Shown here piece after piece: positions 49,667-60,254 of a DNA stretch of 64,000 bases (position 1 is the stretch's first letter; each line of letters starts with the position of its first letter). The stretch comes from a virus, in IMG/VR virus record IMGVR_UViG_3300042301_002363, positions 24,098 to 88,097 of that record, one strand, 5' to 3'. The notes beneath the pieces are model-generated. The model made no database searches. It was given only the letters and a program-made list of their open reading frames with translations, and was not told the origin of the DNA. A program made the position numbers and the translations under genes.

Positions 49667-51295
49667 TTAGAATGATCCTCCAGTCACTGGATTTCTCATA
49701 ACAATCTTCAACACTTTAGTTGGATCTTTAACCCAAATAGATGGCATTGTTTGAGACATCATGACACGGTATCCATTGAAGTTTCCAGAAGACTGGAATC
49801 CTTGTGAACGTCCCATGTAGTCCATAGTACCATTTTGGTAGAACCATTTCAACTCACTATCCCATTTTAATTTCAACAAGAAGATGTTGTCATTTGTATT
49901 GTCAGTGATGTCAAAGATGATAAAGTTGTAAGAAGATAATGGGAAACCATCAATGATTGGGTTTTCAATATCATTTGTGTGAACGTTGTCAAACGCTGGA
50001 TTCAATACAAACTTCACATTTGCCAAGAAAGGAATTGTGTAGCTAGTGAATGCAAATCCAAAGTTCAAGTCCATTGCGTTGTTACCAGAGATAGCACCTA
50101 CACCAGACTGATCCATGTTGACAGTAAGACCTGTACCAAACGCCTCTTTTTTGATTTGTTGGTTGATCATTTTCATACCTGCCATACCTGTTTGTACGAT
50201 CAAGTTACGTTGTGGATCTGGTCCTTTGAATTCAACTTTACCATTGAAGAAGTTGAAGATCTCAGAGCGGAACAAGTCAAGAGTAAATCCTGATTTGTTG
50301 TAGATACGCTTGTAAGAGTTATCCAACTGTGCCCAAAGTCCAACAGACAATCTCATATCATCTGGACCATCTTGCTTGATGCGACCACCTTGTCCCCACA
50401 TTAAGTAAGTCTCAATGTCAGTTGCAATCTTAGTCAAGTGTGCAGCTTCCATTTTAGTCAAGAATGAACGAGTCAATGAACCATTGTCATATGCTTTCTT
50501 GATATACTCTTTACCCATTACAGCTAACATTTGGTCAATGTTTGCAATAGAAGGATCTAAGTTTTTATCAAATGTACGCCAGATTTCAGTTACAGGAACA
50601 GAACCATCAGCATTCAAACCACCTTTCATCATCATCTCTGCGCGAGAAGATACTGAATAGTGAACGTGAGCTTCAGCACCACCAACAAAGTTGTAGTACT
50701 CACGGAAACCATTTGACAATTCACCAATGTCAGAGAAACGCTCACCATACTCACCACGTGCAGAACCTTTTCTAAAGAATTTAGTTCCTGGCTTCAAGTA
50801 CTTGTGATCTAAAAATGCACTGTTGTTATTGTTTACAAGTTGAACAGTGTAGATGAAACCATCTGCAGAAGGAAGAATATCATCAGCAACGATGTACATC
50901 TCCAAACCTTTGTACTTATCATAAGTGATGATATCACCATGACCAAATACACGTCTGTTCAATTTGATTTTGAAGTTAGTACCATCTTGACCAAGAACCG
51001 CAGAAAGTGGTTCAATATCTTCAGTAATGTAAGGAAGATCTTGTACAATTGGTGTTTGCCATTTGTACTCACCACGTGGTGTGTCCACCATGATAGTGTT
51101 CTTCCCACCAAATGAAGACATTTGGTAAAGAGGCATTTCTACTTTTTGAGACATTGCCCAAAGATCAACAGGACCTAAATCCATAGGTTCTGCAGACTTC
51201 AGCATGTTTACGAGGTGGTATGAGTCAATGTGAGACGAAACTTTGTAGTTTGTATCTCGCAAAAACAGACCATTGTTTAAAACTGGTGTTGCCAT
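49667..51295 (-). CDS. Major capsid protein (542 aa)
   Basis: Order terminase-portal-acidic protein-this gene; EYKW, GLWAQL, VQTGMAG and C-terminal SIWVKDPTK motifs fit crAss-like HK97-fold capsid proteins; codon usage visibly biased as for a highly expressed gene. Confidence 0.85.
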   Translation of the reverse strand: MATPVLNNGLFLRDTNYKVSSHIDSYHLVNMLKSAEPMDLGPVDLWAMSQKVEMPLYQMSSFGGKNTIMVDTPRGEYKWQTPIVQDLPYITEDIEPLSAVLGQDGTNFKIKLNRRVFGHGDIITYDKYKGLEMYIVADDILPSADGFIYTVQLVNNNNSAFLDHKYLKPGTKFFRKGSARGEYGERFSDIGELSNGFREYYNFVGGAEAHVHYSVSSRAEMMMKGGLNADGSVPVTEIWRTFDKNLDPSIANIDQMLAVMGKEYIKKAYDNGSLTRSFLTKMEAAHLTKIATDIETYLMWGQGGRIKQDGPDDMRLSVGLWAQLDNSYKRIYNKSGFTLDLFRSEIFNFFNGKVEFKGPDPQRNLIVQTGMAGMKMINQQIKKEAFGTGLTVNMDQSGVGAISGNNAMDLNFGFAFTSYTIPFLANVKFVLNPAFDNVHTNDIENPIIDGFPLSSYNFIIFDITDNTNDNIFLLKLKWDSELKWFYQNGTMDYMGRSQGFQSSGNFNGYRVMMSQTMPSIWVKDPTKVLKIVMRNPVTGGSF

Positions 51296-51330
51296 TTTGT
51301 TTGTTATTTAGAGTTAAAAATTAAAATACG

Positions 51331-52557
51331 TTATCTATTACTAAAAATGTTACGTGGTTTTTTCAAAGATGACCTTGAGCTTGTTGTTTCCCTTTCTTCT
51401 GGAACTGTTGAAGACAATTTTCTTGCTTCTTCAGTTTTAAGTTTCTTTACAGTATCCTGTGTTGCTTGATTTCTTCCTTGTTTTCTAATCTGTTCTTTGT
51501 AATCATCTGGATCTGACAATAACCACAATGTTTCAGCGATAAGGTCATATCTTGGACTATTACTAAACTGATATTCTTCAAGCAACCTTCCTAAAAGATT
51601 TGTTTGTTTTCCTTGTAAACTTTGATACTTCAATGTTGTCAATTCTTCCCATAAGAATTTTTGACGTTTGTTATCAACCTTTACACCATTTAAATCTCCA
51701 GGCTTTAAAGTATTGTATATGTTTTCCATATACGCTTCTTTTTGCTGTTGTTGTTGCATTTTAAACTGCTCTTGTTGTTGCAGTTTAGCTTGCAAAACTT
51801 GCGTTTGCATGTCATCTAATTTTGGTTTAAACTGATTAGCACGTTTTGAAATTGTACCACTATTGACCCATTCTTCAATTTGGTCTTCAATCAACGCTTG
51901 ATCACCACTTCCAAAATTAGTTGCGTATAGGTATTGACGAACAATCATTTCCTGATGTTCATCATTTGAAGGATCTAATGAACGTTGTTCTTCAACTTGA
52001 GCTAATGCTCTGAACAACCCTTTCATATCCTTACCACCCTTAGCAACATACTCTGCAGCATACTGTAATTCTTCAGGCAAAGCTTCAAAGAACTCTTTTG
52101 GAGTCTGCTCACGTATTGCTCGCTCCTTTTCTTCTAAATTGGCTTGGATTAATTCTTTCCAATCCTTTATAGAATAATCTTCCATTGGTTTGTCATCATC
52201 AAAACCCATTAGAACGCCTTCGTCCATTAGTTTTGAGAATGTTTCTACCATTCCACTTTTATCAATCTTTTTACGACCAAGTTTTGTTGCATCATCAGAG
52301 TCTTCAAATTCACCATCAAGTTCTGATAGTGCAGAATCTAACTCTTCTTTAGTTACTCTTGGCGTGTCTGAATCTTCAGCACCATCCAAAAACCCTAAGT
52401 CAGTTGGTTCAGGTTTTGAGAAAACTGTTTTTACTTCGTCTTCTTCTGATGTAACCACGCTGTCTGCCCCTGGTAGAGGTAAAAAGTCATCAATGTTTTC
52501 AATCGTAACTGAACTCACGTCTTGAGTATCAGTGTTTGGTTTGTTTGTGTTTTCCAT
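51331..52557 (-). CDS. Scaffold-like protein (408 aa)
   Basis: Acidic N-terminus, coiled-coil Q-rich middle and basic C-terminus; lies between portal and capsid genes. Confidence 0.6.
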   Translation of the reverse strand: MENTNKPNTDTQDVSSVTIENIDDFLPLPGADSVVTSEEDEVKTVFSKPEPTDLGFLDGAEDSDTPRVTKEELDSALSELDGEFEDSDDATKLGRKKIDKSGMVETFSKLMDEGVLMGFDDDKPMEDYSIKDWKELIQANLEEKERAIREQTPKEFFEALPEELQYAAEYVAKGGKDMKGLFRALAQVEEQRSLDPSNDEHQEMIVRQYLYATNFGSGDQALIEDQIEEWVNSGTISKRANQFKPKLDDMQTQVLQAKLQQQEQFKMQQQQQKEAYMENIYNTLKPGDLNGVKVDNKRQKFLWEELTTLKYQSLQGKQTNLLGRLLEEYQFSNSPRYDLIAETLWLLSDPDDYKEQIRKQGRNQATQDTVKKLKTEEARKLSSTVPEERETTSSRSSLKKPRNIFSNR

Positions 52558-52588
52558 GCTTTCTGTTTTATGTGGATTCTTCTTCTTT

Positions 52589-52610
52589 CTTCAATATTAA
52601 GTTAGCAAAT
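52589..52610 (-). promoter_or_regulatory. Conserved late-region upstream motif, copy 4
   Basis: Minus strand ATTTGC-TAACTT-AA-TATTGAAG, ~30 nt upstream of the scaffold/capsid genes. Confidence 0.5.
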
Positions 52611-52673
52611 AAACTTCAAAAATTTAAACTGACAATGACTAGTAAATAAAGTTTTTGTCAGTATATGGCTAAA

Positions 52674-55403
52674 CTATTTTTTCTTGTCATATTTATTTTT
52701 GTTGACCATTGCAATTTGTAATTGTTTGTCTGCAATATTCTCACGAGTTTGCATCTCCTGACGTTGTAAATCACTCTGTGCTTGATTTTCTATCATCTTG
52801 TTAATTTCACGTGTTTCAGACATTTGTTGATCGCGTTCTTTTAATCTACGCTTATCTAAATATTCAAGTGTATCTATGTAATCAGTTTGTTGATTTAAGT
52901 TTTGATCTTTCATACCAGTAAATCCTGCAGCACGTATTTCAGCAACCTGAATTTCAGCATCTCTATCAAGTTGAGCTTGCTCTGCTTTAAATCTAAGTTC
53001 AGCCTCTTGACGTTTGTTTTCACCTTCCTGACGCATTTTCTCAGACTCTGATTGAGATTGAGCTTGTTGTTGTTGCTGAGCTTGTACTTTCTCTTCAACA
53101 CCTTTAAGTGTATGCGTTATTTCTGCAAGTGAATCTGCTTTAATCAAGTTACCTAAGTCATATATAGAAGCTCCAGATGTATTATTATTAAGAGCAAGTT
53201 GTCTAATCTGCTCCATAATCTGTCTTTGGTTTACTTTGGTAGAAATAAAAATGTTTAACTCTCTTGCCAAAAGCTCTGTACCATTCATTTCAAAATTAAC
53301 TTTCTCATCCATAGTTGTCATATACTGCAACCTTAGACTTGGCTTATTAGAATGATAGTACTGTGCTAAGTCTGTACGCATTTGGTGAACACGTGGCATA
53401 AGATATTCTGAGTGCTGTACAAAGTACATTTCTGTTTGAGAATAACTTTGATTAATTGCTTGTTCAATACCTTGTGCTGTTTCTTGTGAACTTACTGCAC
53501 CCATGCGCTGAGGTGAAATACCAATTGTCTCAAAGCATTGTTGCTTAAAGTGATTTGCCAATTGAATTCTGCTCATCAACCTATTTGTTTGCTCAAGATT
53601 GAGCACTTGATAATGTTGGAAATTAAGAGCATTTTCTGTGTTAGTGATAGATGTGTCCAATGGTAAAATACCAAAGTTCTTCATTGCAACATAAGCTTTG
53701 CCAAAATTACCATGGCCCCAATCTTCACCAGCAGAATGTCGTGGCAATGCGTTCTGATCTAACAATATAACTGTACCTAATTCATCAATAAGGATATCTG
53801 CAATCTGATTGTTTACAAGATTATAGCCAATTTGATATGGTTTCATTTTATCTACAAGAGAACGTGACTTAGTATTTCTATCTGAAAATACAGCTCCCTC
53901 CACAGGCAACTTGCAACCATATAATGTAAAGTCACCTTTAAATTGGAACTTGATTGGTGCAACATTTAAGTAGATAGGAGAAAAGTTTAAATTGTCTGTG
54001 TTACCATAGAATGTAGGTCTGTTAGGTCCAATCTTTACACCACCCCATGTTTGGTTAATCCATATCCAATCAATGTGTTCACCCATAATCAAAGTATCTC
54101 TTGATTTTTTCTTGATGACAGCAGTGTCATAGATTGGTTTTTCAGTAACGTTATAGTTCTCATCTACAATCATATCTATAAGCATACCTTGCTCATCAAT
54201 ACGTGTTAAGTGTCCAACCATTCTCTGAGACTTCCAATAAGTTGTAGTTACACGTAATAGACCTGTATTATCAAAGTCTAATAAGTCTTCAGATTCAGTT
54301 AATATCCTTAAAATAATATCATCACCATATGCATTTGTAGTATCGCGATATGATGTAAATTGACGCATGCCTAATGATGGACCATCAACATTCCATTCGT
54401 GCGAGCGCGTAGCATCATAAAAAGAGCCATCATTTTGTACACCAGGAAGAATATATCCTGCAGATTTTACTGGATAAATGGCCTCAAGACTTTTAAGTTG
54501 CTCACCATTCATCATGTACCCATACTTGTCTATTACATCAGCAGGTGTCATAAGATCAATCTTACCTGCCCAATTAGACTGAGAGATGTATCTTGCTCCT
54601 GGTGATTTATGGTAGAATGTAATAACAGGATTCCAGACTTCTACTTCATAATCATCCTCTAACATGTTAAAATGCCAAAACTCTCTATCAGCAATAAGAC
54701 TATCTCTAAACGCTAACGTCTCAAGTTCTTTCATGTTAAAACGCTCAGTATCAACGTTATGCTGATGCGATGCCCACTCTTCAACCATTGACTTGTAGTT
54801 CTTTTTAAAAAACTCTTCAATTTCTGGTAAAGTTTTTATTGCTTCAGGAGACATCATTTGCTGTGCTTGTTGTTGCTGCTCTTGATTGTTTGGGTCTAAT
54901 CCCATTGAGTCAACCTTCATCTTCATTTTCAACTCTGCACTAGACAACAATGTTTCTTCAACCATTGCTCTTTTTTGCTCAAGCATTTCATTGTAAGATG
55001 TGTCATCAACTGATCTGTACATGATTTTGTCATTGCGTTTAGCAAATTCACCAACCATTACATTAACCACATTTGGTATGATAGGGAAAAACTTTAACTC
55101 AAATGCTGAGGTGTCTTCTTTTGTGAGAACATCAACCAATTCAGCCATATCATTATCTTCCTCAACTATGTAATCAGTCTTGTCAATAATACCAGTTGCT
55201 AACTTGTAGTTCTTTAATAAGCGCCTTGCATTTCTGCGTATCTGTTTCATACCTTGCATTTCATACCAATCCAGGTTCCAAGCACCCCATGCGTCATCTT
55301 TCTCTTTTGAACGTAGAAATTGCACAGGTTGGGTAAACGTACCCATCTTGTTATAATCAGCTTTTGCGCCATTCTTTAGCTGCAGTGCATTAAATACTTG
55401 CAT
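52674..55403 (-). CDS. Portal protein (909 aa)
   Basis: Follows terminase; FFPIIPNVVNVMVGE, SLVDKMKPYQ, IGISPQRMG and SQTE motifs; Q-rich coiled-coil C-terminal barrel. Confidence 0.85.
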   Translation of the reverse strand: MQVFNALQLKNGAKADYNKMGTFTQPVQFLRSKEKDDAWGAWNLDWYEMQGMKQIRRNARRLLKNYKLATGIIDKTDYIVEEDNDMAELVDVLTKEDTSAFELKFFPIIPNVVNVMVGEFAKRNDKIMYRSVDDTSYNEMLEQKRAMVEETLLSSAELKMKMKVDSMGLDPNNQEQQQQAQQMMSPEAIKTLPEIEEFFKKNYKSMVEEWASHQHNVDTERFNMKELETLAFRDSLIADREFWHFNMLEDDYEVEVWNPVITFYHKSPGARYISQSNWAGKIDLMTPADVIDKYGYMMNGEQLKSLEAIYPVKSAGYILPGVQNDGSFYDATRSHEWNVDGPSLGMRQFTSYRDTTNAYGDDIILRILTESEDLLDFDNTGLLRVTTTYWKSQRMVGHLTRIDEQGMLIDMIVDENYNVTEKPIYDTAVIKKKSRDTLIMGEHIDWIWINQTWGGVKIGPNRPTFYGNTDNLNFSPIYLNVAPIKFQFKGDFTLYGCKLPVEGAVFSDRNTKSRSLVDKMKPYQIGYNLVNNQIADILIDELGTVILLDQNALPRHSAGEDWGHGNFGKAYVAMKNFGILPLDTSITNTENALNFQHYQVLNLEQTNRLMSRIQLANHFKQQCFETIGISPQRMGAVSSQETAQGIEQAINQSYSQTEMYFVQHSEYLMPRVHQMRTDLAQYYHSNKPSLRLQYMTTMDEKVNFEMNGTELLARELNIFISTKVNQRQIMEQIRQLALNNNTSGASIYDLGNLIKADSLAEITHTLKGVEEKVQAQQQQQAQSQSESEKMRQEGENKRQEAELRFKAEQAQLDRDAEIQVAEIRAAGFTGMKDQNLNQQTDYIDTLEYLDKRRLKERDQQMSETREINKMIENQAQSDLQRQEMQTRENIADKQLQIAMVNKNKYDKKK

Positions 55404-55404
55404 A

Positions 55405-57609
55405 TCATCTCATGTTTTTAAATGGGTTCCTAGGTTTCCTCATAAGGCTACTTTCTGAACTATGTTCAGTATTTCCAATATGACGAAAGGGACTCATAAA
55501 TAAGTTAGTATTTTTATTTGTATTTTGCAAACTCTGTGGATCTTCATGATCTGTACGTTTTGCAAATCCTCTATTTGACTCTTGAACTCTTGCAAATGCA
55601 ACTAAAGCGCAGAACGCTACCAAGCGGTCAACGTTAAGTCCATCTCTATAAGCCTGCATTTCTTTAAGTAACATTAAATCAGGTATTCTCTCAACACCAT
55701 ATGTTACTTTGGTTATTGTACCATCTGGTTTAGTTTCAACATCTATTTCTTCTTCTAAGAATTGTATAGCATAAGATACAAGATTGGCTTTGAACAATGT
55801 ACCAGTATTACGCCATCCATACTCCTGATAAACATTATTATTACTGCCTAATTCTTTTAAGAACATAATCTGATTCTTGGGTACTAAATACTTTTGCTTA
55901 CGCCTTGATATCATGTACTGTATAAACAAGTGTACGTTATTTTCTACTAAAGTCCATGCATTGTAGTACTCAATGATAAGTTCAAGTCTTTCATGCGTTT
56001 TTCTCAAGTCATCAAAACGTCCACACCACGCTGCCACAATTCTATCACTTTCAACATATGATTCAATAGAACCATCTTTCTTATGGACAGTGACTTCTTG
56101 TGCAGTTTTGTATACAAAGATGGAACACAATGATTCTGATGTTGTTGTCTTACCCTCAGATACAGGGTCAATAGAAGCATAGTAGGTTCCAAACTTAGGA
56201 TTTTCTATTGGCTTGTCGTAGATAATAATAGCACCTTCTTTATTCTCTGTTTTAGGTGATATTGGAAATTCCATTATTGGTAACTTGCGTGTAAATTTCT
56301 GGACAATCTTGTCATCTTCCCACACTAAATCTACAAACTCCATTGGGTACTCCTTGTCTTCTATACGTCTAATTTGTTGTGAAACCAGATGTTCAGGAAA
56401 TCTTGCATCTTTTCTGTAATCAAAAGCCTCTTTGATATTAATAGGTTTCTGAGAAATACGAAGTCTATAGTCTTCTGGTTTTAGTTTCTTTTTCCAGTCT
56501 TCGCGCTCAAGAAGAATCATTTCCAATGCCTTCTCAACCTGAGAATTACCATAATCATCTATGCATGGAAGCATTGACCATTGTTCTGGAATAAACAAAC
56601 CACATAGTCCTTTTGTACCATTCTCATCTAACAAGTTTGTTTCAACAGCAAGTATGTCTTTTGAGTCTGGATTTAAGATTAGTTCTTTCAGTGGTTCACA
56701 CTGATCCAAATCACCCACAGATCCTGCTACTACAAACATACCTGTATACATCATACCTGACTTCATGGCAGGTAGTAAGTACTCAAGTGTTGTGCTCATC
56801 TTAGGAGCAATCCCTGCCTCCTCATGAAAGAATAATGTACATGGACCCCCTACACCATTTGTTGGATCTTTCTCAAGTACCAATCCAAATATAACTGACT
56901 TCAGTCCAATATCTACTTTTCTACCTCCTTGTGTAACCTCAGCTTTTTGTTCCCAGTTAAGAACCTTATCTGGATTACAAGGACGATACCATGCTGTGTG
57001 CTTGTTTAGGAAGTTGCGATACTCTTCAAGAAAACGCCATGTACCTTTCTCATTGATATAATCCTTAAGTGATCCTGCCATTTTAGATACAGAACCCTCC
57101 TCAAAATAAAATAGGTTAATAATTTTACCAGAATGGTAATATGAAGATGCAATCTGACGTTTCTTAAGTATTGCTGCGTGTTTGTTTTTTAGTTGAGCTA
57201 ACTCTTCATAAAGAGCCATGTGATACTGTGCGTCACGCACATCAGCAAATGTAAACCTATTTACCTCTTTATTGTAGATAGGTAAGAAGTTTAGCCACAT
57301 ATAATAATCACGTGGCAAATACCATGTTTTACCTTTGTTCTTAAATATAACTCCTCTTCTACATTTCTCCTTTTCTGTATCCCAGTAATGTATGAAATCT
57401 TTAGAACGCTCAGGTGCTAAACAGTATAACCTATTCTTATTGAACTTTCTAGCTTCTGCATTAAACATAATTGAACACTCGTCAAAGTCATACTTTCCTG
57501 GCTCTTTGAATATGTCTTCAAGAAACTCAGCAAGGTCATCTTTAGTCTCAAACGCAGTGTATCCCCACTGTTCAAGCTCATAATCATATGTTGGTATATC
57601 TCTAAACAT
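55405..57609 (-). CDS. terL: Terminase large subunit (~734 aa)
   Basis: Deviant Walker A ILKKRQIASSY, Walker B FFHEEAG, nuclease motifs YASIDP, LVENN and NVDRLVA; ATG at 57609. Confidence 0.9.
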   Translation of the reverse strand: MFRDIPTYDYELEQWGYTAFETKDDLAEFLEDIFKEPGKYDFDECSIMFNAEARKFNKNRLYCLAPERSKDFIHYWDTEKEKCRRGVIFKNKGKTWYLPRDYYMWLNFLPIYNKEVNRFTFADVRDAQYHMALYEELAQLKNKHAAILKKRQIASSYYHSGKIINLFYFEEGSVSKMAGSLKDYINEKGTWRFLEEYRNFLNKHTAWYRPCNPDKVLNWEQKAEVTQGGRKVDIGLKSVIFGLVLEKDPTNGVGGPCTLFFHEEAGIAPKMSTTLEYLLPAMKSGMMYTGMFVVAGSVGDLDQCEPLKELILNPDSKDILAVETNLLDENGTKGLCGLFIPEQWSMLPCIDDYGNSQVEKALEMILLEREDWKKKLKPEDYRLRISQKPINIKEAFDYRKDARFPEHLVSQQIRRIEDKEYPMEFVDLVWEDDKIVQKFTRKLPIMEFPISPKTENKEGAIIIYDKPIENPKFGTYYASIDPVSEGKTTTSESLCSIFVYKTAQEVTVHKKDGSIESYVESDRIVAAWCGRFDDLRKTHERLELIIEYYNAWTLVENNVHLFIQYMISRRKQKYLVPKNQIMFLKELGSNNNVYQEYGWRNTGTLFKANLVSYAIQFLEEEIDVETKPDGTITKVTYGVERIPDLMLLKEMQAYRDGLNVDRLVAFCALVAFARVQESNRGFAKRTDHEDPQSLQNTNKNTNLFMSPFRHIGNTEHSSESSLMRKPRNPFKNMR

Positions 57610-57610
57610 A

Positions 57611-57805
57611 TTAAAACTTTGGTCTGTCAACTAGTAAAGTTACTGTTCTTCTGTCAGATAAGTTCCAAGAAACATTTTTAACTACAAAGTTTTCTGCTCC
57701 TATCTCTACCCAATCACCTCTTGATGGAACACAAGGTAATTCTCTTTGTATCAGTTTTCCTTCTGATATATGTTCAACTTTTACTATAAACATGAACTGT
57801 TCCAT
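57611..57805 (-). CDS. Hypothetical protein (64 aa, beta-rich)
   Basis: ATG at 57805 (MEQFMFIVKV...PSRGDWVEI) fits exactly between its neighbours; the longer 187-aa track ORF overlaps another gene. Confidence 0.6.
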   Translation of the reverse strand: MEQFMFIVKVEHISEGKLIQRELPCVPSRGDWVEIGAENFVVKNVSWNLSDRRTVTLLVDRPKF

Positions 57806-57809
57806 CTTT

Positions 57810-58325
57810 CTAGAATTGGTCGTATGCAAGATTTTGTCCTCCCCTAACTTGACTTTTTTGTTCTTCCATAAGGTCTTTATACGCTCCTTTGTACGAGCCA
57901 CGTATCTGCTCAAACTTTGCTGCAGCATTGACCAGCGGTGTGATATTGCCATCACGACCATGGTGTATTGGGGTATGTTCCATATATGTAGCAAGACGAT
58001 CCAACATAGATTTGATACCCATGTAAGCCCTGTATGAAGGTGTCTCATAAAGCTTTTTGCAAAATGCAAGTGCAATAATAACATCTTCATCCTCAGTAGA
58101 AAACTCTGCTTGCAGCTGAGTAAGTATAAGCTCTTCTTTTTCATGCTCTCTAACGTCAAAAAATGGATTAACATCTGGATTAGGACATGACATATAAAAT
58201 AGGTATTGGTAAACTTTCATGTATTCCTCTGGATAGATATCCATTATATCTTTAAGAGCTTTCAATGCGTAGCAATGTTCTGTAGGAACAAGCACTCCAT
58301 TTTGTATGTCAAATAACTTAATCAT
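57810..58325 (-). CDS. Conserved protein upstream of terminase, possible small terminase subunit (171 aa)
   Basis: Helical, with a C-terminal VRGG; assignment rests on position only. Confidence 0.4.
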   Translation of the reverse strand: MIKLFDIQNGVLVPTEHCYALKALKDIMDIYPEEYMKVYQYLFYMSCPNPDVNPFFDVREHEKEELILTQLQAEFSTEDEDVIIALAFCKKLYETPSYRAYMGIKSMLDRLATYMEHTPIHHGRDGNITPLVNAAAKFEQIRGSYKGAYKDLMEEQKSQVRGGQNLAYDQF

Positions 58326-59169
58326 TATTTTTATTTTTTGAGAAGTTTAATAACGCATCTTTATTCTCTTTTGCCCATTGAAATATGGCCAAAACCTCTT
58401 CTTTAAGATATGGCAAGTTATACTGAATAACTTCTTTTACAATAGGATCCCCTTGTTCAGTGCGACTAACAATAGGATATCCATATTGATCTTCACCATC
58501 AGTCTCAAAAATAATATGATGCAAAATTAAATCTCCTGGTTTTAGTGTAGGGTTATGCTTTTGTATCATGTACATATATGCAGATAACTGCAGTGCATAA
58601 TGATAATAGTTACAATCATCCAAATGAGATACAGGATGATTCATCTTTTGCGAAATGCCTTCCCAGTTCACATATGATTGTGTTTTGATTTCTTTATTTG
58701 TCTTGTAGTCTGTAATGTGTATTAAGCCATGTGCAATCTCAACCAAATCTGATTGACCACACACACCAACAGATCTTAAATACACAAGATGCTCAGGATA
58801 TATACCATGTAAAAGTTTCTGAGAAGATGCTACTTTATATCCTTTTTCATTGACGATAGGTTTAATAACCTGCAATGTAGCCTCATGACGATTAATGGTA
58901 TCACAACTTGTGATGTCATGTTCTCTTTGGTCATGATACCAGGTTCCTAAATCAGTAGCACGTTTGGCTTCAGCTTTCCATATTTCTCTTATTTTTTCAG
59001 GAGTTAAACCTTGCCATTTCTTACTGCTCTTAGAACTCTTCTTTGCAATAGCTTTAGCATCAAATGGCTGCTTAAAATAACTAATCAAAGTTGTCACACT
59101 AATCCAATCAATATTATCGTTTGGATCAATTGACTTATACTTATGGTTTTCTGGTTCAAATGATAACAT
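58318..59169 (-). CDS. PD-(D/E)XK nuclease (283 aa)
   Basis: SVTTLI, GTWYH, PEHLVY, GQSDLV, ITDYKTN and YALQLSAY motifs of RecB/lambda-exonuclease-like nucleases. Confidence 0.8.
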   Translation of the reverse strand: MLSFEPENHKYKSIDPNDNIDWISVTTLISYFKQPFDAKAIAKKSSKSSKKWQGLTPEKIREIWKAEAKRATDLGTWYHDQREHDITSCDTINRHEATLQVIKPIVNEKGYKVASSQKLLHGIYPEHLVYLRSVGVCGQSDLVEIAHGLIHITDYKTNKEIKTQSYVNWEGISQKMNHPVSHLDDCNYYHYALQLSAYMYMIQKHNPTLKPGDLILHHIIFETDGEDQYGYPIVSRTEQGDPIVKEVIQYNLPYLKEEVLAIFQWAKENKDALLNFSKNKNND

Positions 59170-59171
59170 AA

Positions 59172-59477
59172 TTAATCCTTTATACTGTTAATAATAGCAT
59201 CCTCTTCATCCTCAGAGGTGATAGCATTCCATTTGCCTTTTGGGCATGATGAAGATAATGATCTTGTCTTAAATGACAACTTGCAACCACAATCACCACA
59301 ACAAGGTTGTGTACCTGCCATATAACACTTAGTACCAACTCTATCTATAAGCTCACAACTTTCACAAATTGACATTCTTGAAGATGCTATTTCTTCAATA
59401 TGCTCTTGTTTAAAGATACTGTTTTTTACTCCTTCCAGTATCCTACCCTTTTCTTTCCACAGTTTTATCAGACTCAT
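59172..59477 (-). CDS. Cys-rich probable metal-binding protein (DUF6171-like, 101 aa)
   Basis: RMSICESC...CGDCGC...KT...CPKGKW pattern. Confidence 0.6.
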   Translation of the reverse strand: MSLIKLWKEKGRILEGVKNSIFKQEHIEEIASSRMSICESCELIDRVGTKCYMAGTQPCCGDCGCKLSFKTRSLSSSCPKGKWNAITSEDEEDAIINSIKD

Positions 59478-59862
59478 GTTTATTCGTTTTGTAAAGTTTT
59501 TTTTCTTCTTCTTTGTTCTTCTTTTTTTCGTTAAGCAAATCTAACTCATCTACAATATTCTGAAACATATTAACATCATTTTTTAGTGACATCAATGATG
59601 AGTATTCGCTAAGTGTAGGTTCCTCTATATCTTCAAACTTTTTCAAGGCCTGCTGATAAATATTAAGTTTTTCCTCAAGTTTGGACCTCTTAATATAAAA
59701 AGTGCCTAACCCATCAATTGTAATTTGTGCATGAGCTAATTTGCTTAACTTCTTCTGAATAGCATTGTAATAGCACTGTACTATTTCATCTACAGTTTCA
59801 GAAGATAGTTTTAACCTTTCTGCTACCTTTTCAGAAAGCTGTTTACGTTTAATTGGTCGCAA
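59443..59862 (-). CDS. HU/IHF-like DNA-binding protein (~139 aa)
   Basis: KQLSEKVAERLKLSSETVDEIV...ITIDGLGTFYIK matches the HU core; probable TTG start at 59862. Confidence 0.65.
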   Translation of the reverse strand: MRPIKRKQLSEKVAERLKLSSETVDEIVQCYYNAIQKKLSKLAHAQITIDGLGTFYIKRSKLEEKLNIYQQALKKFEDIEEPTLSEYSSLMSLKNDVNMFQNIVDELDLLNEKKKNKEEEKKLYKTNKHESDKTVERKG

Positions 59863-60238
59863 GTGCAAGAAATTTATAGTCCAACATGACATTACCAGAC
59901 TTTAGAACAGGCACTGACATTGCAATCTCAATAGTCTTTTTGTAACTATCAGACTTCTTTATCATACCTCGCTTCTCAAGCTTAGTCAATTTGTTACGTA
60001 TATTCTGCGATCTTACACCAAACTCTTCAGGAGCAATCTCAGGGTATGTTTTCTTTACAGCATTATTACAAAACTTTGTAAGTTCCACAGGTCCTTCAAG
60101 CGCCAAAAGCGTAAGCAATTCTAAATCAGTATCAATAAGGTTCTCTTTCTTAAAGAATACAAACTCAGTTATGACCTGATATTTAACCAGGTCATAATGA
60201 GTCAATCTGTATTTCTTTTCTACCTTATTTACTTCCAT
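59849..60238 (-). CDS. Winged helix-turn-helix protein (129 aa)
   Basis: DLELLTLL...SQNIRNKLTKLEKRGMIKK pattern. Confidence 0.55.
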   Translation of the reverse strand: MEVNKVEKKYRLTHYDLVKYQVITEFVFFKKENLIDTDLELLTLLALEGPVELTKFCNNAVKKTYPEIAPEEFGVRSQNIRNKLTKLEKRGMIKKSDSYKKTIEIAMSVPVLKSGNVMLDYKFLALATN

Positions 60239-60254
60239 TCTTCTGTATATTTTG

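Noticed and set aside
52618-52662. Inverted repeat ACTGACAA...TTGTCAGT after the portal gene as a terminator
   Set aside because: It is AT-rich, interrupted, and has no clear adjacent U-tract, so it is too weak to call.
49667-57609. Introns or inteins in terminase, portal or capsid genes
   Set aside because: The ORFs are continuous and of expected size, with no evident intein termini or homing-endonuclease motifs.
57611-58174. 187-aa ORF as listed in the track
   Set aside because: Its 5' part overlaps the 171-aa gene in another frame; only 57611-57805 is a plausible gene.
58318-59169. Cas4 or CRISPR-associated locus
   Set aside because: The protein lacks the Cas4 C-terminal cysteine cluster, and no repeat-spacer array or other cas genes were seen.
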